DNA of 43,476 nt. Origin: Klebsormidium nitens (lineage: Eukaryota; Plantae; Klebsormidiophyceae). The stretch lies in assembly GCA_000708835.1 (NCBI GenBank), contig DF237657.1:1-43476 (forward strand). The letters run 5' to 3'. The notes under the pieces were generated by a model. The model saw only the letters and a program-made list of their open reading frames with translations. It had not been told where the DNA came from and did no database searches. A program made the position numbers and the translations under genes. Shown here one piece after another: positions 22,510 to 32,506 of the stretch (position 1 is the stretch's first letter; every line of letters starts with the position of its first letter).

Positions 22510-22995
22510 CTTATTTACAGTTTTCGTCGAGAGTGTCGCCTGAGATATGTGACGCTTGAAGATCTGAACGTGCGTTTAAACCCCCCTGAAAATCCTCAGA
22601 AGGTACTGTATGTTCTAATCATGAGCATCACTTGTTACCGACTGGAAGAGTGGCTAGTACTGTCCTAAGCGTGCCCCGTTAACATACGGTATGAGACCTC
22701 CATCAAAAGGCCCATCTTTGAGCTTCCCTGAAGCGCGATTGCACTCTTTGCAATGTACCTGCGTCGCTTGGATTTGGGCTGGAGGTCTTTGGCATGGCAT
22801 AGGAGTATCAGTACTTGTCCACAAAAAGGAACAGTATTCTTCAGTACCCAGTTACTCTGGTCAGGCTCTGCCTACCAAGGACGCTGGGCGGCTGAGGGAT
22901 AGCCAGTGAACTCTGGTATTATTGCTATTTATCGCCTTTTCTTGTAATCCCCGTTACATAATAGGGGCGACAGTTTGGGCGAAAATGGTAATAAG
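22510..22995. other. About 485-bp segment bounded by inverted copies of the same ~30-bp motif family (MITE-like)
   Basis: Degenerate (+) copy at 22510-22540 and (-) copy at 22965-22995. Confidence 0.4.
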
Positions 22996-23340
22996 CATGT
23001 TGCTGGGGTTTTCAAAACCATTGACAGCAGTAGCTGTGTATGCAGGTATAACCCAGAAATCGGTGCCTCCTCAAATCACTGCGGGGCCAGCAAATGAGGA
23101 GGAACAGGTATGTAAAGAATTTGATCTTGCAATGTAGTCCGGAATATCTTGAAGCACACCGATTGGAGATGAAGGTACTTCAGTGATAACCACCTGCTGA
23201 TAATTGATTTCTATCTCCACAGGATGCATCTTGAACGTGTGAATGATTGCGTGCCAGGTTGTAGGCATTGGGATGCATACAAGTTTTGGAAAAGGTCCTG
23301 GGATAACACGTTTTGGGAGGAAAAGCAGGTGGATTAAGGG

Positions 23341-23760
23341 AGTTCCAGTCATGATAAGGCAAATGCTAAGGTAGTGCTGTGAGTATTGAATTTGATTGAA
23401 TTACACAAACACACAAACTTACATATTTCCACGTCAATTAGGGGTGGCACGCATTGTGGTCCAGTCATGACATGGCAAATGCGCAAAGTAGTGCTGTGAG
23501 TATTGAATTTGATTGAATCACACAAGCATACAAACATACATCTTTCCACGTCAATGAGGGGTGGCATGCATTGTGGTGCAGTGAAGATAAGGCAGATGCA
23601 TGGGGTAGTGCTGTGAGTGTTAAATTTGATTGAATTACACAAACATACAAACTTACATATTTCCACGTGTACTAGGGGGTGGCATGCATTGTGGTCCAGC
23701 CCATCATAAGTCAAATGCGTAAGGTAGTGCTTTGAGTATTGGATTTGATTGAATCACATG
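23341..23760. repeat. Tandem array, 117-bp unit, about 3.5 copies
   Basis: GTGCTGTGAGT recurs at 23374, 23491 and 23608, with a variant at 23727. Confidence 0.9.
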
Positions 23761-23969
23761 GGTTTCTGAGGGTTTTTGAGAGTCGAGGCCGCGCGCCGGC
23801 GGCGAGGAATTTGGCCACGGGTATTGAAAAATTGTGCGCCAAAACGGCACCAAGAGTCCCAATGTCGTGAGGGACACTATCGTGCCAGCCTCTCGAAGCA
23901 TGGGAACGGATGGCATAGTCTCTTTATATGCGGCCTATGCGCCCATAGTATCTTTGAGAGCATCCGATG

Positions 23970-24247
23970 TCATTCAGAGCTTCCATTGAAGCAGTAACGC
24001 TCAATCGCATTCTTGAAGAGCCCAAAGTTTGGAGGCAATCTGATAACGTCCTCTACGACTGCAAAATCATCCTTGTCCTCCGTAAAAAAGGGGTAACCAA
24101 CCACAGCAGCCGGGACTCTACACCAAGCTACTTCACACCCTCTTGCCGGCCAAAGCCTTTGTAGACTGTCTTTGATGCACCACAACCTATAATCTCGCTG
24201 CTGCAAACGAAACGCCCTGATGGATCCTTCCACACAGCATGCTGCAT
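23970..24247 (-). pseudogene. Truncated WNK-kinase N-lobe fragment with a frameshift
   Basis: KDPSGRF...EIIGCGASKTVYKGF...EGV/EVAWCRV (1-nt shift near 24133) matches the WNK GxGxxK...EVAW pattern, then homology is lost. Confidence 0.75.
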
Positions 24248-24311
24248 GTGAGCTCGTACTTGTGCGTCAGAAATTCCAAAAAATACGCGCATCCCTAAAG
24301 CAGGGGCAACA

Positions 24312-25436
24312 ATGCTGCCGGCTTTAGATGTGTTTTCCGGGATTGGTGGATTTGCAAGGGCACTCCAAGGGATTGCAACGGTCAAGAAATTCTGTGACAT
24401 TGATCCGTCCGCTCGGGCATGTATACGGCGAAACATGGATAGGGGGCTGCTCGAGGAGGCAGAGATTGAGACAGACATCAGGAACCTCGAGGGGTCAAAA
24501 GACGTTGAAGTGATCGCTGCAGGGATCCCGTGCCTCGGTTTCTCGCCGCTAGGGCTAAAGGCAGGTTTTGAGCATATCCAAACGAAGCTATTCTACGAGC
24601 TTCTCAGGGTCATTGACGAGTGTGATCCCCAGCTCATATTTCTCGAGAACGTGCCAAACATTGTCCTCCACGGCATGCACACGGTGGTCGATGAATTGCA
24701 CGAGAGGAGGGGGTATGATCTGTCCTGGGTCCTTCTGCCCGCTTATGCAGTTGGGGCATACCACACCCGGCTCCGGTGGTTCTGCCTGGCCAAAAAACCG
24801 AATCTCAAGCTGACTTGGGACAATCTGTCCTTCGTACCACACTGCTTTGACACCAAGGACCCGCCGCCCAGGATGATTGGGAGAGACGATCCGGGGTGGC
24901 TTGAGAGGGCAAAGAGATGCTTTCTTTTGGGGAACAGCATCGTGCCTTGCGCAGCCCGTCTCGCCTTCTTTCTGCTGGCAAGTGGTTTCAAGCAGGGAGA
25001 TATTGCTGCACCGACCCTGGTCATGGGGGAACCAGGCCCGGCCCTACGCACGGTGGTGGATGAGACAGCCCCTGGCTTTGTCTTTCCCCGGTGGGGAGGA
25101 GTCGACTCGAAAAGTGTCTACAGCATCCCGGTGATGCACTTTAGGAGGCCCGAGCTGCAGTTGCAACTGTTCCAAAGGCCGCAGCTCGAGGTGCTTCTTA
25201 CAGAAAAGGTCACGTCTCCCGTCATTTATTCGCAATTGCTGCGATTGTGGAGCACCCCTCGTGCCGGTTGCACTGGAAGCAGTCGCATCCTTACTGAGAG
25301 GAGCAGCCGAGATCTCCCGACGCAGGTCAAGTTTGAGGTGGGAACTCCGGAACATGAGAGAAAGGGCCAGCTGAATCCAGATTGGGTTGAAGAGGTTCTG
25401 ATGGGTTATCCAAGAGGTTGGACTTGCTATAAATGA
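24312..25436 (+). CDS. C5-cytosine DNA methyltransferase, intact, with apparently permuted motif order
   Basis: DVFSGIGG (I), GIPC (IV), FLENV (VI), HTRLRWF (VIII), LLGNSIVP (X), then WSTP...LNPDWVEEVLMGYPRGWT (IX-like) at the C-terminus. Confidence 0.92.
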   Translation: MLPALDVFSGIGGFARALQGIATVKKFCDIDPSARACIRRNMDRGLLEEAEIETDIRNLEGSKDVEVIAAGIPCLGFSPLGLKAGFEHIQTKLFYELLRVIDECDPQLIFLENVPNIVLHGMHTVVDELHERRGYDLSWVLLPAYAVGAYHTRLRWFCLAKKPNLKLTWDNLSFVPHCFDTKDPPPRMIGRDDPGWLERAKRCFLLGNSIVPCAARLAFFLLASGFKQGDIAAPTLVMGEPGPALRTVVDETAPGFVFPRWGGVDSKSVYSIPVMHFRRPELQLQLFQRPQLEVLLTEKVTSPVIYSQLLRLWSTPRAGCTGSSRILTERSSRDLPTQVKFEVGTPEHERKGQLNPDWVEEVLMGYPRGWTCYK

Positions 25437-25482
25437 CTGTGCGTGCGTTACGGGTCGTGCAGTTCTTCTTTGCAGTGAATCA

Positions 25483-25863
25483 ATGGATGCGGTTTCAACT
25501 CAGATCAACAGGGCCAAGAGAGTGCTGCAGGTCAACATAGCACCCAGGTGCATCAACAAAATCGGCCCCGCTGACTTTGCAGCCAAGCTCCGAAAGGTTG
25601 CGGAGGAGGCAAAGGGGCTAAGGTCTGCAGGGACGGTCGACCGGGTGGTTGTGATCGTGGATGGAGCAGGCGCAAGCTCTTGTGGCTCACAAGCATTGAA
25701 GGCCCTCGGCCAGCTGTTCAGCCTCGAAGACTGCAGCCTCTTGGATATCGTGAGCACCATCCTCCTGATCAATGCCGATGACACGCTAAAGGGGGCTTGG
25801 GCCGTTGCCAAGCTCATGGAACCTGCAAAGAGGTATGCCCCACTTGTTCGGGTGCTAGAGTGA
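25483..25863 (+). CDS. Diverged CRAL-TRIO/SEC14-like domain protein
   Basis: VVVIVDGAG...ILLINA...AWAVAKLM pattern. Confidence 0.5.
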   Translation: MDAVSTQINRAKRVLQVNIAPRCINKIGPADFAAKLRKVAEEAKGLRSAGTVDRVVVIVDGAGASSCGSQALKALGQLFSLEDCSLLDIVSTILLINADDTLKGAWAVAKLMEPAKRYAPLVRVLE

Positions 25864-25865
25864 GC

Positions 25866-26327
25866 CTACCATAGCTGCATCCAAGCAATCACAAAGGGTG
25901 GCGTGGTCACTTCCTCTATCTCGTCCCACCCAAAGCTAGGCACCTGTAGGCTTTCAACCAGGTCAAAGATGGCGTCCTCTTCCGTCCAGTCCATGGGCAA
26001 TCCTCTCTCATCATAGACTCTGCCATCTGGTGGTGCAGTGCATGTTGACGAGATCTCATGTTCGCTGGGAATCGCTCTGCAGATGGGACAGTCTCGCTTC
26101 TTTTTCAGCCATTCCAAGATGCACGATCGGCAGAATGCATGTGAGCAACGCAACATGAACCGCTCTGGGACCTCGATTGCCGTGAAGCATATGGGGCACG
26201 TCTCTGCCTCTGCATCAATTTCGAGAGTCAGGGGCTTTTCCTTGGGCCTGTGGTGTTTGCAGTAGGTGAAGTTTCCCGCATGGTTCCGGCACGCTGTTCC
26301 TCTCTTCGTAAGGCCCTTGCATAGCAT
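25866..26327 (-). CDS. C3HC4 RING-finger protein with an N-terminal C3H zinc finger
   Basis: CPIC...CSHAFCRSC...CPIC; N-terminal CKGLTKRGTACRN...CKHH. Confidence 0.9.
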   Translation of the reverse strand: MLCKGLTKRGTACRNHAGNFTYCKHHRPKEKPLTLEIDAEAETCPICFTAIEVPERFMLRCSHAFCRSCILEWLKKKRDCPICRAIPSEHEISSTCTAPPDGRVYDERGLPMDWTEEDAIFDLVESLQVPSFGWDEIEEVTTPPFVIAWMQLW

Positions 26328-26410
26328 CTCTCATTATGTGTGTACACGCAATTTGTGCGACAGGCATCTCTCGCACGAAGACTATTTTGTAAGCCTCTTT
26401 CAGTACAAGC

Positions 26411-26659
26411 ATGACGAGGCCTGGCATGAGCGATGGCAGGAGCTTTGGAACGCCTCCGTACTTACCTGCGAGTGAGACGAATCGAAGGATTATGCGGTCT
26501 CTTAATGCAGAGGATGGGGCAGTCTACCGCGAGTATATTAACCGGGATGGTTACGTGATTGTCGAATGGTCGAGAGCGGAGAGCGTAGCCAACCGAGACA
26601 TGCTGTCTCAATGCATTGCTAAGCAGGCGGGACCATTCTTGAGGCCCTTCATGTCATGA
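26411..26659 (+). CDS. Small hypothetical protein
   Basis: 82-aa ATG ORF that fills the intergenic space. Confidence 0.4.
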   Translation: MTRPGMSDGRSFGTPPYLPASETNRRIMRSLNAEDGAVYREYINRDGYVIVEWSRAESVANRDMLSQCIAKQAGPFLRPFMS

Positions 26660-26756
26660 GATTGCCAGACACGGCCACATGCAAGCCCTTCGTTGCCCAT
26701 CAGGGATTGATACTTAAGGGTTAGCTGCTCACGTCAAACATCATAATCAGAGCACG

Positions 26757-27656
26757 ATGGCGGAGTGCAAGGACTGCAAGAGCTGGCTCGCTACAGATGC
26801 CCACAGTGGAGAGCTGTCCTGTGTGGGGTGCGGCCTCGTCCAGCAGGAGAAGCTGACACTTGCAGAGTGCGGCCACCAGGACTTTTTCCATGAAGGAGGG
26901 CTGCTGCAAGAAGCATCCCTTGCAGCGGTCAGTTGGCTCACGTCGCCCACCAAAGGCCTCCCAGCACTCTGTCAGCAGACGGTGGAAACGGTGAAGCAGG
27001 GTCCCAAGGCAGGCCAAGAGCGGCGAAAGGCTGGGCGGAAGGTGCTGGAAGAGTTTGCCCATATCGAGAGGATTGTCGAGCTCCTCCACCTTCCGTCCAG
27101 CGTCGCGAGCACGGCACACTCGTTCCTGACCATCTGTCTGTCAAAGAGGTTCGAGAGGGGTACCACAAGGCAAGCAACCGTCATAGCATGCATCTTTCAC
27201 GCCTGCCGTGCCCACGGCGCTCCGCGCACTGCTGGCGAGCTCTCCACGGTGTCTGGAGTGCCCTCGAGCAACATCAAACAGGCCTGCAAGAAGACATCTC
27301 CCCACCTCACTCAAGCCCATGCTCACAAGGACACGAGGCCAGAGGATCTGATGGCCAGGTGCTGTGCTGCGATCATGAACGATAGGGATCAGAAAGCTGC
27401 CAGGAAGCTCTTGCTGGAGTGCAAGAAGCTGTGTGCGGTCAGGGAGCGCCTCACGGTGTTGCAAGGGAAGACGCCAGCAACCGTTGCAGCCGTCATAATC
27501 TGGAAGGTTGTTCAGGAGCAGAAACTTCCCATCAAGAAGAGGGATGTCAGTGTTGGTTGTGGAGTAAGCGTAGGCACCCTTGTGAAGGCAGAGCATGAGT
27601 ATGATGCACAGGCTGCAGAGGTGAAGAGCCCCGTACTTCTTGATCTTAATTTGTGA
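26757..27656 (+). CDS. TFIIB: Transcription initiation factor IIB homolog
   Basis: N-terminal CxxC...GELSCVGCGLV zinc ribbon plus two cyclin-fold repeats (IACIFHACR...PRT; GKTPATVAAVII). Confidence 0.92.
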   Translation: MAECKDCKSWLATDAHSGELSCVGCGLVQQEKLTLAECGHQDFFHEGGLLQEASLAAVSWLTSPTKGLPALCQQTVETVKQGPKAGQERRKAGRKVLEEFAHIERIVELLHLPSSVASTAHSFLTICLSKRFERGTTRQATVIACIFHACRAHGAPRTAGELSTVSGVPSSNIKQACKKTSPHLTQAHAHKDTRPEDLMARCCAAIMNDRDQKAARKLLLECKKLCAVRERLTVLQGKTPATVAAVIIWKVVQEQKLPIKKRDVSVGCGVSVGTLVKAEHEYDAQAAEVKSPVLLDLNL

Positions 27657-27704
27657 CAAGGCCATCCAAAAATAATATGCACATGTTACATTACCATTCA
27701 ACGC

Positions 27705-28166
27705 ATGGACAACCAACATGTATTGCTGTTAGCAGCGGGCTGCGTTCTCCTGTACTTTCTATGGTTGAACTGCTCAGAGTCCTTTGTCGATGAGGGTTTC
27801 AGGTCGGTCAAACAGACTGCAAAGCGTGCCGGCAATGCAGCCGCTTCAGGGGGGAACACCGTTAAAAACATTGCCAAGAAGGGTGTCAAAGGTGCAACAA
27901 AGGCGCTCGGTGGTGGCAAGAAGAAGAGACCACGGGGTGACATGACCGGGCTGACATTCGTTTGCAAGGCTGTCGACTTTGGCAATGTAGGCAGTGCTGG
28001 TAAGATGATTGGGCCCATGGCCCCCAACAAAGGAGCCAAGGGAGCCAAAGGAGTCAAAGCTGGTAAGAGTGCGGGGAAGGACCGAAGAGGCCCCCGCAAC
28101 ACTCCAACAACAGGTCTGGTTGCAGAACGGAACCTCAAGCCGTCCAAGAGGAGAGGAACCCGCTAA
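27705..28166 (+). CDS. Small membrane-anchored Lys/Gly/Ala-rich protein
   Basis: N-terminal hydrophobic helix followed by a highly basic low-complexity region. Confidence 0.6.
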   Translation: MDNQHVLLLAAGCVLLYFLWLNCSESFVDEGFRSVKQTAKRAGNAAASGGNTVKNIAKKGVKGATKALGGGKKKRPRGDMTGLTFVCKAVDFGNVGSAGKMIGPMAPNKGAKGAKGVKAGKSAGKDRRGPRNTPTTGLVAERNLKPSKRRGTR

Positions 28167-29164
28167 GCCTTAGCCTCAACCGCTACAAGTAGCTTGAAGA
28201 GCTCCTTTGACACCCAAGGACCTGTCTCAGAGCAACACCCTGAAGTACAGAAACCGTATTGGACTGTGTTATCCTTGTAGACAATGTTAATAACCGGCAC
28301 ATGCAACCTGCTATCACTCTTTACTGCTCCATGGATGTAGACTGCCTTGGGCGTCTTCCGGACGGTGACCTCTGTCCGAGGTGGTGCAAACGCCTCGACC
28401 TCCCCGTAACGGATCGCCATTGTTGCTTCTTCATCGGTGCAAGGGAAGCCCTGTACCCCAATGCGGCTCATTGGATCACCCGTCAGTAGCAGATGCCCGT
28501 CCCCAGAGCTCTGACAAACAGCCCCGGATCCGGGCCAGATTGTCAGGTTCTTGTCTCCAAAGCTGAAGCGTATCTCCAGCTTTGAGGCAGCATCTCTTGC
28601 TAGCTCCGTCATGAAGGACGGGAATGGTTCCCCGCCAAGGAGAGGCAGCAGCTTGATGTCCACAAAGGCATCCTTGATCGGCCGGTCAAAGTCTGCAAGT
28701 GTCTTGCATGCCATGCTCATCTCATCTGCAACGTGCCCTAAGCGGCGCCATACCCTCGAGAGACAGTCTACAAGGCGGACAAATCTGCCCCCAGTGTGCA
28801 TCTTGTCCCCTAGGGGGCTGTCTCCGTAGATCTCCTCCATGCAGTAGCCCATGTTGAAGAGCCCCTGCACCTTCTCCTCAAAGAGCCTCCGAGCCTTGAC
28901 TGCAGCCTCCTCGTGCCTTGCTGAGCATGCTTGGACCCACACGTGAACGGTCTGAACGTCGCCCACCAGGAGCTCAAGCCTGCAGAGATCACGAGCCTTC
29001 CTCAGGTCAAAGGCCTCCTGCAGGGCCCATGCAAAGTACCGGAGGGCGCTGCACATGTCGCTGGCATGGTCACCCCTGCTTCCAAGACCCTCAATGCAGT
29101 TGTCAACTTGTAGGTCAATCAAGGCTGCCTTGCGGAGCAGGTTGAGAGCTTGTAATCTGGCCAT
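28163..29164 (-). CDS. Hypothetical protein
   Basis: 333-aa ORF; no recognised family. Confidence 0.65.
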   Translation of the reverse strand: MARLQALNLLRKAALIDLQVDNCIEGLGSRGDHASDMCSALRYFAWALQEAFDLRKARDLCRLELLVGDVQTVHVWVQACSARHEEAAVKARRLFEEKVQGLFNMGYCMEEIYGDSPLGDKMHTGGRFVRLVDCLSRVWRRLGHVADEMSMACKTLADFDRPIKDAFVDIKLLPLLGGEPFPSFMTELARDAASKLEIRFSFGDKNLTIWPGSGAVCQSSGDGHLLLTGDPMSRIGVQGFPCTDEEATMAIRYGEVEAFAPPRTEVTVRKTPKAVYIHGAVKSDSRLHVPVINIVYKDNTVQYGFCTSGCCSETGPWVSKELFKLLVAVEAKA

Positions 29165-29471
29165 CCTGAGAGTGTGAGAAGAGACGGGCGAACAGAGAGC
29201 CTTGTCAACCTTGTCTCAGCATCACACGCCACCAGATGCCAGGAACATCCGCCAATCCATGCCATGACTGCCAGCACATGCCAGCATGTTCCTCACTTAG
29301 GTGCTCAGAAGTAATCTCATTTCTCACACACCTCGATGCAGCAACCAGACTTTCTCCTAGAGCCGCTCCGCCCCGCCAGCATCTGTCCTACGGGCTGCGG
29401 CAAGGTACGCATCTGCACAGCCATAGGAACGTTCTGCGTGTTGGATCCAGAGCACGCCAGGGCCGGAATCT

Positions 29472-30305
29472 ATGGAGGACTACGACCTGCTGGAGAACCA
29501 GGACGGGAGGGAGGTGGGCACCAACGAGACGGTGTACAAGGAATGGAAGAGGAAGCTGTACGGATGGAGGCGCGACCACCCTCTCCCAGAGTATGCCAGC
29601 CTTCTGGACAAGATGACACAGTACTTCGAAAGGCACGCGTTCGCTCCAAACAACGAGCTGGAGGTCCGGCTGGGAAAGGTGCTCGAAAGACCAAGGCGCT
29701 TTGAGCCAGGGGTGTCCGCAAACATGTTCTACAAGATTGTGGAAGGCCTCCGGAGCTTCCAGTCCTGGGAAAACGAAGCGGTGACAAGGCACACCGACTA
29801 CATCTGCGGTGAGAAGCGGCTGCGAATGTACGAAGATCCCGGCATGCCCGCTAAGCTAGTGGCCAAACGGTCTCTCGTGTCCCTTGATGTCACCGCCTTG
29901 GGTTCCCCCTTCGACTTCCGCTTCTCTATCGCGAAAGAGAAGAACCTTGAAGCGACGCAACAGGACATTGCTTCCATCACCGCCAACGCGAAGCATGTCC
30001 GGCACAAGGAGCGCATGACTTTTGCCTACAAAGTGTGGCTCTTTGATTTGACAATCGTCCGGACTCAAGGTGGGGTACCTCTGGCACCGTCCGATGACTG
30101 CTTCGAAGACACGTCAGAGGAGAGGAATGGGGGCCGGGTGTACGAGGTGGAGATTGAACTCAGCAACCTTGCAAGCAAGGTGAAGAAGAACTCGTTCAAC
30201 GCAATGAGGCTGGCAGACTCGACGATCCTAAAGTTCTTTGATCTGATGAACTTTGTTGAAGAGGTAAACATGGAGAGGCTAACATTCCAACCGAGCTCAA
30301 AGTAA
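29472..30305 (+). CDS. Stand-alone RNA 5'-triphosphatase (CYTH/triphosphate-tunnel, mRNA capping)
   Basis: NELEVRLG (motif A) and VYEVEIEL (motif C); RHKER..F; a monofunctional form as in chloroviruses. Confidence 0.88.
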   Translation: MEDYDLLENQDGREVGTNETVYKEWKRKLYGWRRDHPLPEYASLLDKMTQYFERHAFAPNNELEVRLGKVLERPRRFEPGVSANMFYKIVEGLRSFQSWENEAVTRHTDYICGEKRLRMYEDPGMPAKLVAKRSLVSLDVTALGSPFDFRFSIAKEKNLEATQQDIASITANAKHVRHKERMTFAYKVWLFDLTIVRTQGGVPLAPSDDCFEDTSEERNGGRVYEVEIELSNLASKVKKNSFNAMRLADSTILKFFDLMNFVEEVNMERLTFQPSSK

Positions 30306-30559
30306 ATCAGGAACACAAAGTCTCGCACAGTCACTAGCGTCCGCCCTGACAACACTGAAAGGGGCTCATCGCAGAGAAAGCGCACCCGTGAGGAGCTTGA
30401 GGTTCTGAGGTTGAAAGTCATGCGCTGGAACGGGAGATTGAAAAAGGTCAAACACGAACAGGCAACAAGCACAAAGGCGCAAACGATGGGTATGGAATGC
30501 AATCCTGATGCTCAGCCTGACCTGACCTGATGTCATCACTATCTGCTACAAAATTATCC

Positions 30560-31040
30560 CTTGCATGATGCGACGATAACACGGAGGCGCAGGTGAATCC
30601 AACCCCCTCCTATATTTAAAAAAGCAATGTCTCAAATTCTGGAATACTTTTGAAACTTGCGCTCCATCTGCGCATCGTCGCAAGGCTGCTGTCAATTACA
30701 AAGACTCTTATCTCATTGGTGGTATGGCTAATCATCACCAACTACTACAAAAGTCATCCCCTGCATGATGCGACGATAACACGGAGGCGCAGGTGATTCC
30801 ACCCCCCTCCTATAGCGAAAAAAGCGGTGTCTCAAATCTTGAAATACTTTTGAAACTTGTGCTCCATCTGCGCATCGTCGCAAGGCCGCTGTCAATCATA
30901 AACACCCCTTGTCTCATGGTGGTATGGTGCGTCATCACGATCTATTACAAAAGTCCTCCCCTACATGATGCGACGATATCACGGAGGCGCAGGCGAATCC
31001 AATCCCCTCGTGTATTGAGAAAAGCAGTGTCTCTACCAGG
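30560..31040. repeat. Tandem repeat with a 200-bp period (about 2.4 copies) ending at the WNK start
   Basis: CATGATGCGACGAT recurs at about 30564, 30764 and 30964. Confidence 0.9.
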
Positions 31041-31046
31041 GGCTTC

Positions 31047-31984
31047 ATGTCCGCAAGCTGCCGAATAACAGATACAAGCCCGAGTGGCAAGTATGTCAGG
31101 TACGCAGAGGTGATTGGTAGAGGTTCGTACAAGATTGTGCACAGAGGCTTTGACAGAGAGCTGGGGATTGAGGTTGCATGGAGTAAGATTGTACTCAGCA
31201 AGTTGGAAGTGAACGAGGAATTCCACGAGCAGATCCAACGGGAGGTTGACCTCCTCAAGATCATAAGATGCAGTAATGTCGTCGAGCTCCTTGATGCATG
31301 GTTTGATCCGGAGCGCAATGAGTTCCACATTGTGACAGAGCTCTTTCCCAGCGGAAGTCTGAAGGACTATCTAAAGCGCCATGGCCATATAGCTCTACCT
31401 GTTGTGAAAAGGTGGACACGGACCCTGCTGGAGGGTCTTGCGTATCTGCATGCGCAGAACCCGCCAATCGTTCACAGAGATGTCAAGTGCGACAACATCT
31501 TCATCAGAGGAGATGTGGGACAAGTCAAACTAGGCCCGGTGACCTTGGCCTGTCGACCCTCAAAAGCAGGTCCTCCATGTCTAGCGTTGTTGGGACACCA
31601 GAATTCATGGCCGTGGAGATGTTCAACTCTGACTATGACGAGAGGGTTGATGTCTACTCCCTTGGAACGTGTGTCCTGGAGATGACAACACTGGAATACC
31701 CCTTTGCAGAGTGCAAAAACATTGCACAGGTCTACCGCAAAGTGATGGAAAGAAAACCGCCAGACTCTCTCAAGCAGGTTCAAGCCCCCGAGCTGAAGGC
31801 CTTTATCACAAGGTGCCTTGCTGGCCGTTCCAGCAGGCCCACAGCCCAGGAGCTCCTGGACGACCCTCTGCTAAGGGATCTGGGGGAACCGCGGCCATCT
31901 TGGTCAGAGCATGAGGCAATTCTTGTCAAGCTCGAACCCATGAGAAAGGAATCAAAACCACTGAGACTCTCCTGCTGTTTCTGA
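31047..31984 (+). pseudogene. WNK: WNK (with-no-lysine) Ser/Thr kinase with an apparent 5-nt insertion at 31533-31537
   Basis: GRGSYKIV (Lys in subdomain I), EVAW, HRDVKCDNIFI; removing GGCCC restores VKLGDLGLST...GTPEFMA. Confidence 0.88.
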
Positions 31985-31988
31985 GGAC

Positions 31989-32489
31989 CTAAAAGAAGAA
32001 GCTGTTGTTGTTCTTGCAAGTCACTTCACGCCCCGCCGTTGCTGCTGTGATGTATGGATTCGAGTAGATGGCGGACTCCCCTACACCTCCTTCTGATTGC
32101 CGCAACTTCCTGCCATAGATCGAATGCACGGGCTCTTGCCATTGCCCGCAACTTGCAACCGGTATTGAGGTGGTATCGTACATAGGCTGGAACTCAGAGC
32201 GTGGTTGCGTGAGCATCTGAGTGGGCCGTCTGTGTGCATATTCCATCTGACGGACGCCTTGCGACCACGGCCCACCCACGATCGGAGGGGGGCGGTAGCG
32301 TCTAGCAGCTTGCCTCCGTTGCAACTCAATCTGGAGTGCTTCGGTGGAGACCCCATCGCAATACCGGCTGATCCCATCCTTGTACATGAGCACTGTCAGT
32401 GTGAGCATGTGCATACAGAGCAGCGAAAGTATGAGGATGACGGTGGACCAAGAGATGTCATTCACCATTCTGGCCCTCTTACATGACAC
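31989..32489 (-). CDS. Hypothetical membrane-anchored protein
   Basis: N-terminal hydrophobic segment STVILILSLLCMHMLTLTVLM. Confidence 0.6.
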   Translation of the reverse strand: MSCKRARMVNDISWSTVILILSLLCMHMLTLTVLMYKDGISRYCDGVSTEALQIELQRRQAARRYRPPPIVGGPWSQGVRQMEYAHRRPTQMLTQPRSEFQPMYDTTSIPVASCGQWQEPVHSIYGRKLRQSEGGVGESAIYSNPYITAATAGREVTCKNNNSFFF

Positions 32490-32506
32490 TCTTGTGTATT
32501 ATTTTT

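Noticed and set aside
23349-23714. Cys-rich 39-aa repeat ORF (and 39332-39718)
   Set aside because: These are translations of 117-bp tandem DNA repeats with no independent coding evidence.
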